Source: Roseobacter sp.
GTDB taxonomy: Bacteria; Pseudomonadota; Alphaproteobacteria; Rhodobacterales; Rhodobacteraceae
Reading direction: 5' to 3'
Assembly (NCBI GenBank): GCA_024636495.1
Contig: JAGXGZ010000028.1
Coordinates: 30,750-94,749, forward strand
Length of the DNA stretch: 64,000 bases
The number at the start of each line of letters is the position of its first letter. Positions within the stretch are counted from its first letter, which is position 1. The notes under the pieces are model-generated. The model made no database searches, had not been told where the DNA came from, and was given only the letters and a program-made list of their open reading frames with translations. A program made the position numbers and the translations under genes. Of this stretch, positions 56,003 to 64,000 are shown in pieces.

Positions 56003-57862
56003 ATGTCAGCCGATACCGCCCGCGCCCAAGATACCACGCAAAAGTCACCCCACACCCCGATGAGCGAAGAAGAAATGGCCGCCGCCGCCGAGCGTCAGTC
56101 AAATCTTTTGGTCTTGCAAAAGGTTGCCCCGTATCTTTGGCCCGCCGACAAGCCTTGGGTGAAAAAGCGCGTCATATGGGCGATGGTTTTTCTGGTCGCC
56201 TCCAAGCTGATTGCTGCCGTGATCCCCATGATTTACAAGGCCGCCGTCGATATTCTGGCAGGCGAGGGCGTGCCTGTGCTGGCGCTTGGGGCCGTTGGCT
56301 TGACCGTCGCCTACGGCGTGGCGCGTGCGATGAACGTTGGCTTTCAACAGCTGCGCGATGCGGTTTTTGCCCGCGTCGGGCAGCGCGCTTTGCGGATGCT
56401 GGCGCTTGAGACGTTCGAGCATATTCACAGGCTGTCGATGCGCTATCACATCACCCGCAAAACCGGCGGGCTTAGCCGGATTATTGAACGCGGTGTCAAA
56501 GGCGTCGATTTTTTGCTGCGGTTCTTGCTGTTCTCGATCGGGCCGCTGATTTTGGAGCTGATCCTGACTGGCTTGATACTGGCGTGGCTGTTTGATTTTT
56601 GGTATTTGCTGGTCGTCGCGGTCACGATTGCCTTTTACGTCTGGTTCACCTTTGCCGTCACAGAATGGCGCGTAAAGCTGCGCCGCCAGATGAACGATCA
56701 GGATACGGATGCGAACCAAAAGGCCATCGATAGTCTGCTGAACTATGAAACCGTCAAGTATTTCGGGGCCGAACAGCGCGAAGCTTCGCGCTATGACAGC
56801 GCCATGGCAGGCTACGAAGACGCGGCGATCAAGACGAATTATTCGCTGGCTTTCCTCAACTTTGGCCAGTCGTTGCTGATCACCTTCGGTCTTGTGGTCG
56901 TGATGGTGATGGCCGCGATTGGGGTGCAAAACGGCACGCTAACCGTGGGCGATTTTGTCATGGTTAACGCCTACATGGTGCAAATTACGATCCCGCTTAA
57001 CTTTCTGGGCACGGTCTACCGCGAAATCCGTCAGGCTTTGGTGGATATGGGGCAGATGTTTACGCTGCTTGATCAACCTGCTGAAATCACCGACAAACCC
57101 AATGCACCTGATCTTAAGATCAAAGGCGGTCGCGTCACGTTGACGGATGTGCGCTTTGGCTACGATCCGGATCGCCAGATCCTGAAAGGCATCTCGCTTG
57201 AGGCCGCGCCGGGCGAAATGGTCGCAATCGTCGGTTCAACCGGATCGGGCAAATCCACCATCGGACGGTTGTTGTTCCGGTTCTATGATGTGCAGGGCGG
57301 ATCGCTTGAAATTGACGGTCAGGACGTGCGCGACGTGACCCAGAACAGTCTGCACAAGGCGATTGGCGTTGTCCCCCAAGACACGGTGCTTTTCAACGAC
57401 ACGATTGGCTATAATATCGGCTACGGGCGCGACGACGCGACCCAAGAGGATATCGAAGCGGCCGCAAAATCCGCGCAGATCCACGACTTTATCCAAAGCC
57501 TGCCCAATGGGTATGACACAGCGGTGGGTGAACGTGGCCTAAAGCTGTCGGGTGGCGAAAAGCAGCGCGTGGGCATTGCGCGCACCTTGCTGAAAAACCC
57601 GCCGATCCTGCTGCTGGACGAGGCGACCAGTGCGCTGGACAGCGAGACAGAACATGAAATTCAGGACGCGTTGCGTCAGGCTGGCAAGGGGCGGACCGTT
57701 TTGACCATCGCGCACCGCCTGTCTACTGTCGCAGAAGCCGACCGGATCGTTGTTCTTGAAAAAGGCGAAATCGTTGAACAGGGCGCCCATGATGACCTGC
57801 TGTCGCGCAATGGCCGCTACGCGCAGCTTTGGCAGCGCCAGCAATCGGAAGATCCGGAATAA
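56003..57862 (+). CDS. ATM1-type ABC exporter (fused TMD-NBD)
   Basis: YHITRKTGGLSR, DSLLNYETVKYF, GSTGSGKST, LSGGEKQR. Confidence 0.93.
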   Translation: MSADTARAQDTTQKSPHTPMSEEEMAAAAERQSNLLVLQKVAPYLWPADKPWVKKRVIWAMVFLVASKLIAAVIPMIYKAAVDILAGEGVPVLALGAVGLTVAYGVARAMNVGFQQLRDAVFARVGQRALRMLALETFEHIHRLSMRYHITRKTGGLSRIIERGVKGVDFLLRFLLFSIGPLILELILTGLILAWLFDFWYLLVVAVTIAFYVWFTFAVTEWRVKLRRQMNDQDTDANQKAIDSLLNYETVKYFGAEQREASRYDSAMAGYEDAAIKTNYSLAFLNFGQSLLITFGLVVVMVMAAIGVQNGTLTVGDFVMVNAYMVQITIPLNFLGTVYREIRQALVDMGQMFTLLDQPAEITDKPNAPDLKIKGGRVTLTDVRFGYDPDRQILKGISLEAAPGEMVAIVGSTGSGKSTIGRLLFRFYDVQGGSLEIDGQDVRDVTQNSLHKAIGVVPQDTVLFNDTIGYNIGYGRDDATQEDIEAAAKSAQIHDFIQSLPNGYDTAVGERGLKLSGGEKQRVGIARTLLKNPPILLLDEATSALDSETEHEIQDALRQAGKGRTVLTIAHRLSTVAEADRIVVLEKGEIVEQGAHDDLLSRNGRYAQLWQRQQSEDPE

Positions 57863-58005
57863 TTTCGGCGAAAACCTGCTCTAAGCAGGCGCTTATGGGC
57901 GGCCCTGTAAACGGGTTGCCAATATCTTTGGTCGCAGCGCAGGGCCATTTCAGGGATCAGCGGCAACATATGTTGGCGCATCACATCTACCTGAAAGAGA
58001 ACATC

Positions 58006-58257
58006 ATGCGTAAATTTGCATTTATCGCCCTAGTGGCTTTGGCAAGCCCCGTTCTGGCTGCCGAGCTGACACTGGAAACCCCCATGGGCACCACCATGGA
58101 AGAGGTGAAAACCACCCTGACCGACATGGGCTATGAGGTCCGCAAGGCCGAAATGGAAGACGGCAAGATCGAAGTCTATTTCGTCAAAGACGGCACCAAG
58201 GGCGAAGTCTATGTCGATGCGACGACCGGCAAGATCGCCAAACTTGATATGAAGTGA
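58006..58257 (+). CDS. Exported PepSY-domain protein
   Basis: Signal peptide; GYEVRKAEMEDGKIEVY...EVYVDATTG PepSY_2 pattern. Confidence 0.85.
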   Translation: MRKFAFIALVALASPVLAAELTLETPMGTTMEEVKTTLTDMGYEVRKAEMEDGKIEVYFVKDGTKGEVYVDATTGKIAKLDMK

Positions 58258-58844
58258 CCAGACCTATGATGTCTGTGTCAAAGCACACCACCAACGGGCG
58301 CGACAGCGCCCGTGACGTGGCCGTCTGGGACCCGCTGGTGCGGTTGATCCACTGGTCCTTGGCCTCGATGATCCTGTTGAACGGGGCCATCACCGATGCG
58401 GAAAGCGACCTGCACCAATGGGTGGGGTATGTCGCCATTGCCCTGGTAGGGATTCGCCTGACTTGGGCGCTCGTTGGCCCCAGACCTGCACGTTTCGTCA
58501 CTTTCCCTCCCAGTCCGATGCGCGCGTGGCGCTATGTCCGTGCTGTTCTTGCGGGTGATCGCACCGTGCATCTGTCGCACAACCCCTTGGGTGCGTTGAT
58601 GGTCTATAATCTGTGGCTGACCGTGATAGCCTTGGGGATGACCGGATATATGATGACGACCCTGCGGTTTTTCGGTATCGGTTGGGTGGAACAGGCGCAT
58701 GAACTGGCCTTTGACTGGTTGCTGTTTTCTGTCGCCTTGCATGTTGGCGGTGTTGCGTTGGACAGTTGGCGGTCGGGCGTTAATCTTGTGCGTGCCATGG
58801 TAACGGGGCGCAAGGCCATCCCTAAGGGAACAAAGCTGGAATGA
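58254..58844 (+). CDS. Cytochrome b/b6-domain membrane protein
   Basis: VWDPLVRLIHW, HQWVGY, HNPLGA, HE and LHV heme-ligand pattern. Confidence 0.9.
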   Translation: MTRPMMSVSKHTTNGRDSARDVAVWDPLVRLIHWSLASMILLNGAITDAESDLHQWVGYVAIALVGIRLTWALVGPRPARFVTFPPSPMRAWRYVRAVLAGDRTVHLSHNPLGALMVYNLWLTVIALGMTGYMMTTLRFFGIGWVEQAHELAFDWLLFSVALHVGGVALDSWRSGVNLVRAMVTGRKAIPKGTKLE

Positions 58845-59368
58845 CATCCTCGACCGCACCGGCCACCTTAAAACAAAGGCGCGCAACGTTTCTGGCGGGA
58901 CTTATCCTGCTGCAAGCGCTTTGCGCGCTGTTTTTTGTCGGGGACGTGGTCAGAGACCTGCGGGAGGGCACACATCTCGACGATATCCATCTGATGCTGG
59001 AAAGCATTGCTGCGGTGTCCCTGATCGGGGGTGTCGGTTTCTTGATGATCGAGTTGCGCCGCCTTCTGGCTCGGATGGAGCATATGGATGCCGGTCTGCG
59101 CGTCGCACAAGGCCAGATGGTCATCGTGATGGAGGGGTTTTTTGACGAATGGCATCTGACCCAAGCGGAACGCGATGTGGCGCTGATGATCCTTAAGGGG
59201 TTGGACAATGATTCAATCGGCACGGTCAGGCACACGGCCCCCGGCACGGTGCGCGCGCAAGCCGCCAAGATTTATGCCAAGTCAGGCACGAACGGGCGGG
59301 CGCAATTTGTCAGCATTTTCATGGAAGAACTGATGTCAGGCGATTTCAACACCTCTGATCCCGCCTGA
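58841..59368 (+). CDS. Membrane-anchored LuxR-type HTH regulator
   Basis: Two N-terminal transmembrane segments; LTQAERDVALMILKG...TVRAQAAKIYAKSG. Confidence 0.88.
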   Translation: MTSSTAPATLKQRRATFLAGLILLQALCALFFVGDVVRDLREGTHLDDIHLMLESIAAVSLIGGVGFLMIELRRLLARMEHMDAGLRVAQGQMVIVMEGFFDEWHLTQAERDVALMILKGLDNDSIGTVRHTAPGTVRAQAAKIYAKSGTNGRAQFVSIFMEELMSGDFNTSDPA

Positions 59369-59375
59369 TCATTCG

Positions 59376-59840
59376 CTAGTCGGCTGCAACCGCCTTGGTG
59401 GTCAACATGTCCAGCGCGCCGGACATTTTCGCCAGATATTCCGCGTCCATCGGCAAGCCGTGATCTTGGGCGAGGCTTGCCGGATCATGATAAGCCAGCT
59501 GCACCACACCGTCTGCATCTGCATAGGCCAGCACGCGCAGGGGCAAGTCCAGCCCTGCCGTTTGACCGTCAATCATCGCGGGCGTCCCTAGAGCGGGATT
59601 GCCGAAGATCAAAAGCGTCGTGGGCCGCAGCGCCAGTCCGGTCTTTTCCGCGCCCGCCGCATGATCGACGCGGGCGAAAACAGTGGCCCCTGCCTCTGTA
59701 ACCGCTGCTTCAAGACGGTCAACGGTATCTTCAACCGAATGCGGACTTGTCTTCGTCAGAAGGTCTGCAGCAAAGGCTGGCATGGCAGCGGTCAGCCCCA
59801 GCGTCAAAGCGGTGGCGGCGGCAAAACTGGTAAGGCGCAT
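59376..59840 (-). CDS. Exported DUF302 protein
   Basis: VFARVDHAAGA, IFGNPALGT and LDLPLRVL motifs. Confidence 0.9.
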   Translation of the reverse strand: MRLTSFAAATALTLGLTAAMPAFAADLLTKTSPHSVEDTVDRLEAAVTEAGATVFARVDHAAGAEKTGLALRPTTLLIFGNPALGTPAMIDGQTAGLDLPLRVLAYADADGVVQLAYHDPASLAQDHGLPMDAEYLAKMSGALDMLTTKAVAAD

Positions 59841-60039
59841 TTCAATCTCCCTTTAATTTACAACTATAAGATAGGGCGCGCGCCGCCCGGATCGAAAGAT
59901 TTGGGGTAAATTGGCCGCATGATCACGGCGATGTGCGGTTTGACCTTACGCCCTGTCTTGAAACCGACCCCCTAAGTGTTAATTCACTCAGCCTAGGTTC
60001 TGCACTGCAGCGAACCTTTGTCCTAACAAAGGAAATACC

Positions 60040-61248
60040 ATGCAAACCGGAATGTTCCGCACAGCCATTCTTCTTGGTTTGATCTGCGTGACGGGGCCTT
60101 TTGCCATCGACATGTACCTGCCCGCGCTTCCCGCAATCGAAGCAGCTTTGGGCACGTCAATTTCAGGCGCGCAACTGACCTTGGTGGCCTATTTCCTGGC
60201 CTATGGCTTAGGCCAGTTGGTGTATGGGCCTTTGTCGGATCAGATCGGACGCAAAAAGACCTTGCTGATCGGGATGAGCATCTTTGCCGTCGGTGCTGTG
60301 ATCTGTGCCTCGGCACCGTCTATCGAAGTGTTGGTGGCAGGCCGTTTGATCCAAGGCATCGGCGGGGCCACGGTGATGGTGATCCCGCGTGCGATCATCC
60401 GGGATATGTACACGGGGGCGCAGGCCACGCGGCTGATGGCGGCGATCATGTTGGTGATTTCGATCTCGCCGATGTTGGCCCCTTTGGCGGGCAGCGCAAT
60501 TGTCACCTTTGGCAGCTGGCGCGAGATTTTTCTGGTGATGGGCATCTTTGCGACGATCAGCCTGACACTTGCGCAAGTGATGCTGCCCGAAACCCTCAAG
60601 GCGGATCGGCGGCGCAAGGTTAACATAAAAGAGCTGTCTCGCAGTTGTGGCATCTTGCTGCGTGATCCGGTTTTTGTCGGGCTGACGTTTATTGCAGGCT
60701 TTGGGATGGCCAGTTTCTTCGTGTTCGTCTCAAGCGCCTCGTTCGTTTATACTGGCAGCTATGGGCTGACCCCGACGCAGTTTTCGCTGGCTTTTGCGTT
60801 CAACGCCGTTGGTTTTTTTATGGCCACTCAGATGGCCGGGCGCTTGGCTGATAAATGGGGTCTGGCCACGCTTATCGGGCGCGGGGTGACCGGCTTTGCC
60901 GTTTGTGCAACAGGTCTTGCTGCACTTGAGGTTGCCGGGTTTGACGGGCTTTGGGTGCTCTTGATCGGCTTGTTTCTGGCCTATGCGTTTCTGGGCGTGG
61001 TGATCCCGTCCGCGATGGTTGCGGCACTTGATGCGCACGGGCGACGCGCGGGCATCGCATCGTCGTTAAGTGGCAGTCTGACAATGTTGACCAGCGCGAT
61101 ATGCATCGGCCTGTCCACGCCGTTCTTTGACGGGACAGCATTGCCGATGGTCGTCAGCATCGCGCTGTGCGGATTGGCTGCACTTGCGCTGGTCGCGTTC
61201 ACGATGCCAAAGCTTCGCAATCAACAGGCCGAATTGGCCGCCGCCTAG
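60040..61248 (+). CDS. Bcr/CflA (DHA1) MFS efflux transporter
   Basis: AIDMYLPALP and GPLSDQIGRK motifs. Confidence 0.92.
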   Translation: MQTGMFRTAILLGLICVTGPFAIDMYLPALPAIEAALGTSISGAQLTLVAYFLAYGLGQLVYGPLSDQIGRKKTLLIGMSIFAVGAVICASAPSIEVLVAGRLIQGIGGATVMVIPRAIIRDMYTGAQATRLMAAIMLVISISPMLAPLAGSAIVTFGSWREIFLVMGIFATISLTLAQVMLPETLKADRRRKVNIKELSRSCGILLRDPVFVGLTFIAGFGMASFFVFVSSASFVYTGSYGLTPTQFSLAFAFNAVGFFMATQMAGRLADKWGLATLIGRGVTGFAVCATGLAALEVAGFDGLWVLLIGLFLAYAFLGVVIPSAMVAALDAHGRRAGIASSLSGSLTMLTSAICIGLSTPFFDGTALPMVVSIALCGLAALALVAFTMPKLRNQQAELAAA

Positions 61249-61249
61249 T

Positions 61250-64000
61250 TTATTCGGCGGCGCGCAGGGTCGAGGTGGACGCGCTTGGCGCAACGGGGTC
61301 TTCTTCCCAGATCAGGATACCGGTCTTGAGCCGCTGAGCGTCCTTTTGCAGCGCCCAGTCTTGGGCTGCTTTACTGGCGCGCCCCAATGACATCTTGGCC
61401 AGCAAACGCGCAATCCAGCGGGCGTAGGTCGTGGCCCAGATGCGCACGGCCAGCAGGGACGGCGTGACCATCAAGGTTAGAACCGTCGCGATGCCAAGGC
61501 CGAACACAACGGCGGTGGCCAGCTGTTTCCACCACAGCGCGGTCGGGCTGTCGATGGTGTAACCGCCATTGGCGAAATCAAGGCTGAGGCCGAACATCAT
61601 CGGGGCAAGCCCTGCCATTGTGGTGATGGTGGTCAACAACACCGGACGAATACGGGCCTGTGCGGTGCGGATGATCGCTTCGATCCGGGGCATGTACTGG
61701 CTGAATTCCTGATAGGTATCGATCAGGATGATATTGTTGTTCACCACAATCCCCGCCAGCGCCACAATGCCCGTTCCTGTCATGATGATCGAAAACGTCT
61801 GGTCCATTACCAACATCCCGATCAACACGCCAGTCGTGGACAAGACCACGGCAATCAACACAAGAACCGAATTATAGATACTGTTGAACTGGGCCAGCAG
61901 GATGATGAACATCAAGCCCAACGCGGCTGTGAACGCCGAACTTAGGAACGCCTGACTTTCGGCCTGATCCTCTTGATCCCCGGTCCATTCGAAACTGACG
62001 CTATCGGGCAGGGGCTGTGTCTCAAGCCACTGAGTAATCTCGGCGATCCGTTCATTGGCGTTGATCGGGACCATGCGCAGATCGGCTTTGTTCAAGCCGT
62101 CTTGCAGATCAACCCCCTCGGCAGCGACCGTGCGGTTGGTGATCTTGAACCCCGAACCGTCCAGCGCCGTAATATCCGCATCCGCCCCAGCCGGGCGCAG
62201 GGTGGCAAGGGTGATATCAATGTCTTCGCCGCCCGTGGTGTCGGATTTGACCATTTTCATCAGGCCCGGGAACACGTCTGCTTTGACATCCAAGTGGCGC
62301 TTTTGATCGACGCGGTTGATTTCGGCCAATTTCGGGACGGGCTTGCGGGTGATGAAATTCGACAGTGGGATCAGCCCGTCAGCCGTGCGCACTTTCAGTG
62401 TATCAAGCGTGCTGAGCACACGGTCTTTCTCGGGCAGGCGGACCCTTATTTCGATCTCTTCGTCCGAAGTGTCGACGCGCATCGTATCCAGCAGCAACCC
62501 GCGTGTGACCAGTTGCACCATGGCACCGACAGTCAGCACATCGGCCCCGTATTGGCCCGCCTTTGCGACATCCACATCAATCTGCCAGTCAATGCCGGGC
62601 AGGGGGCGTGTGTCTTCGATCAGGGTCAGACCGGGCGTCTTGTTAAACTCTTCACGTGCTTGGGCTGTCGCGGTGATCAAATCTTCAAAGCTGTCGGATT
62701 TCATGCGCAAATGGACGGGCTTGCCAGAGGCAGGGCCGCGCGCTTGGGCCAGAATCTCGATTTTGATGCCGGGGATCGCGCTAAGCTGTTCGGTCAGTTC
62801 GGCAATGACGATGTCGCCGTCCAGATCGGGACGCAGGGCGCGATCTTCCCACGGGATCGTTTCAAGCTGGATTTGACCGATGCTGTCTTTGGGGGCGGTC
62901 GCCCCGCCGGTGTTGCTGTCCAGCCCGCCTTTGCCCGCGAAAGCGAAAGCAGTAGAGACACCGGGATGCTGCAATACGATGGCTTCGGCTTGTTGCATGA
63001 TATCGTCTTTTTCGGTCAACGACAGGTTGCCCCGCGCCAACACATAAACGATGGCCTGTTCGGGTTCTGATTCAACAAAGAATTCAACGCCTTTGTTGTT
63101 GTTGCCGAAAAAGATCATCGTCGTCCCGACAAAGACGAAAACCACACCGATCATCACCAAGGGCATAACGGGGTTGCCCGCAATGAGTTCGATGACGCGT
63201 CCAAAAGCCGAGCGGCGATAGCCCGCTTGGATCACGTCAGGGGGTTTGCGGAACAGGCGCGATGTGACCCACTGGCCGCCGCGACCCATGCGGGTGAAAA
63301 GCGCAAAAAAGCTGATCAGACCCAGCATTGCGCCGGACAGACCGATAGACAGCAAGGCCGCAAGTACCGCGATACAGGCAAAAACAACAGCGAAGACCGG
63401 AATGACAGAACCCAGAATATCCAAACCATCCATCGACGCGAACTGCGCCGAGATCACGGCAAAAAGCGGTTGCATCACCGCCAAGGGCAGGGCGATCATT
63501 GCAAAGGCGATCGGGAACAGCAGCAGATGAAGGTAAAACTGCTGGTTCGCGATTGTGGCCATATTTTCGGCCATCCACCGCTCCAACCGGCCCGTCACAC
63601 CGCCCAGAACGGGTAGATAAACAAGCGCCACGACCAAGGATGCGGACAGAACAAAGATCAAGGTGATTGGCAACATCCCCATGAATTCACCCGGAACGCC
63701 CGGCCAGAACAACATGGGCAGAAAGGCACAAAGTGTGGTTGCAGTCGAAGAAATGATCGGCCAGAACATCCGCTTGGCGGCAGTCACATAGGCCTGCATC
63801 GGCCCTTCGCCTTGTTGTTGGCGCGCGTCGGCATATTCAACCACCACGATGGCCCCGTCCACCAACATGCCCACGGCCAGGATCAGACCGAACATCACGA
63901 TGTTCGAGATCGAAATGCCCATCAAAGCCAAAAAGGCAAAGCACAACAGAAACGAGGTCGGAATAGCAAACCCAACCAGCAAGGCGGCGCGGATCCCAAG
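61250..64000 (-). CDS. RND (AcrB family) efflux permease; 5' end outside the window
   Basis: GMLVDGAIVVVE, GIVVNNNIILID and RIRPVLLTT motifs; frame open to base 64000. Confidence 0.92.
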   Translation of the reverse strand, partial: LGIRAALLVGFAIPTSFLLCFAFLALMGISISNIVMFGLILAVGMLVDGAIVVVEYADARQQQGEGPMQAYVTAAKRMFWPIISSTATTLCAFLPMLFWPGVPGEFMGMLPITLIFVLSASLVVALVYLPVLGGVTGRLERWMAENMATIANQQFYLHLLLFPIAFAMIALPLAVMQPLFAVISAQFASMDGLDILGSVIPVFAVVFACIAVLAALLSIGLSGAMLGLISFFALFTRMGRGGQWVTSRLFRKPPDVIQAGYRRSAFGRVIELIAGNPVMPLVMIGVVFVFVGTTMIFFGNNNKGVEFFVESEPEQAIVYVLARGNLSLTEKDDIMQQAEAIVLQHPGVSTAFAFAGKGGLDSNTGGATAPKDSIGQIQLETIPWEDRALRPDLDGDIVIAELTEQLSAIPGIKIEILAQARGPASGKPVHLRMKSDSFEDLITATAQAREEFNKTPGLTLIEDTRPLPGIDWQIDVDVAKAGQYGADVLTVGAMVQLVTRGLLLDTMRVDTSDEEIEIRVRLPEKDRVLSTLDTLKVRTADGLIPLSNFITRKPVPKLAEINRVDQKRHLDVKADVFPGLMKMVKSDTTGGEDIDITLATLRPAGADADITALDGSGFKITNRTVAAEGVDLQDGLNKADLRMVPINANERIAEITQWLETQPLPDSVSFEWTGDQEDQAESQAFLSSAFTAALGLMFIILLAQFNSIYNSVLVLIAVVLSTTGVLIGMLVMDQTFSIIMTGTGIVALAGIVVNNNIILIDTYQEFSQYMPRIEAIIRTAQARIRPVLLTTITTMAGLAPMMFGLSLDFANGGYTIDSPTALWWKQLATAVVFGLGIATVLTLMVTPSLLAVRIWATTYARWIARLLAKMSLGRASKAAQDWALQKDAQRLKTGILIWEEDPVAPSASTSTLRAAE

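Noticed and set aside
61973-63070. 365-aa plus-strand ORF
   Set aside because: Antisense shadow of the RND gene.

Overview
64 kb of chromosome from a Rhodobacteraceae (Roseobacter-group-like) alphaproteobacterium; the taxon is inferred from gene content and synteny. From left to right: (1) the 3' part of an RTX-repeat/Hint-domain protein; (2) a malonate cluster (matR, TRAP matPQM, matA, matB); (3) a glycerol cluster (glpDSTPQUVK plus an Fe-ADH, divergent glpR, and a second orphan pair of paralogous permeases); (4) a LysR-controlled aromatic cluster (maleylacetate reductase, LIV-type ABC transporter, TfdB-like flavin monooxygenase, intradiol dioxygenase); (5) an ~8 kb collapsed integrative conjugative element (ICE) relic at the 5' end of dusA; (6) core genes (dusA, TSUP, ruvX, ccmI, sarcosine oxidase soxBDAG, sodB, LOG, LysM, ATM1-type ABC, PepSY/cytochrome b/LuxR trio, DUF302, Bcr/CflA, partial RND). 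The ICE relic is the most notable region. It has lost all conjugation genes but keeps an intact integrase, a ParDE toxin-antitoxin pair and a full qseC-qseM-fseA-rdfS-type transfer switch. That switch includes tandem controller operators, a conserved +1 programmed-frameshift motif and a candidate activator box, and the fseA frame is broken a second time downstream. Two deletion junctions have created chimeric reading frames. No rRNA, tRNA or CRISPR array was seen. All family assignments come from reading motifs by eye; no database search was run.
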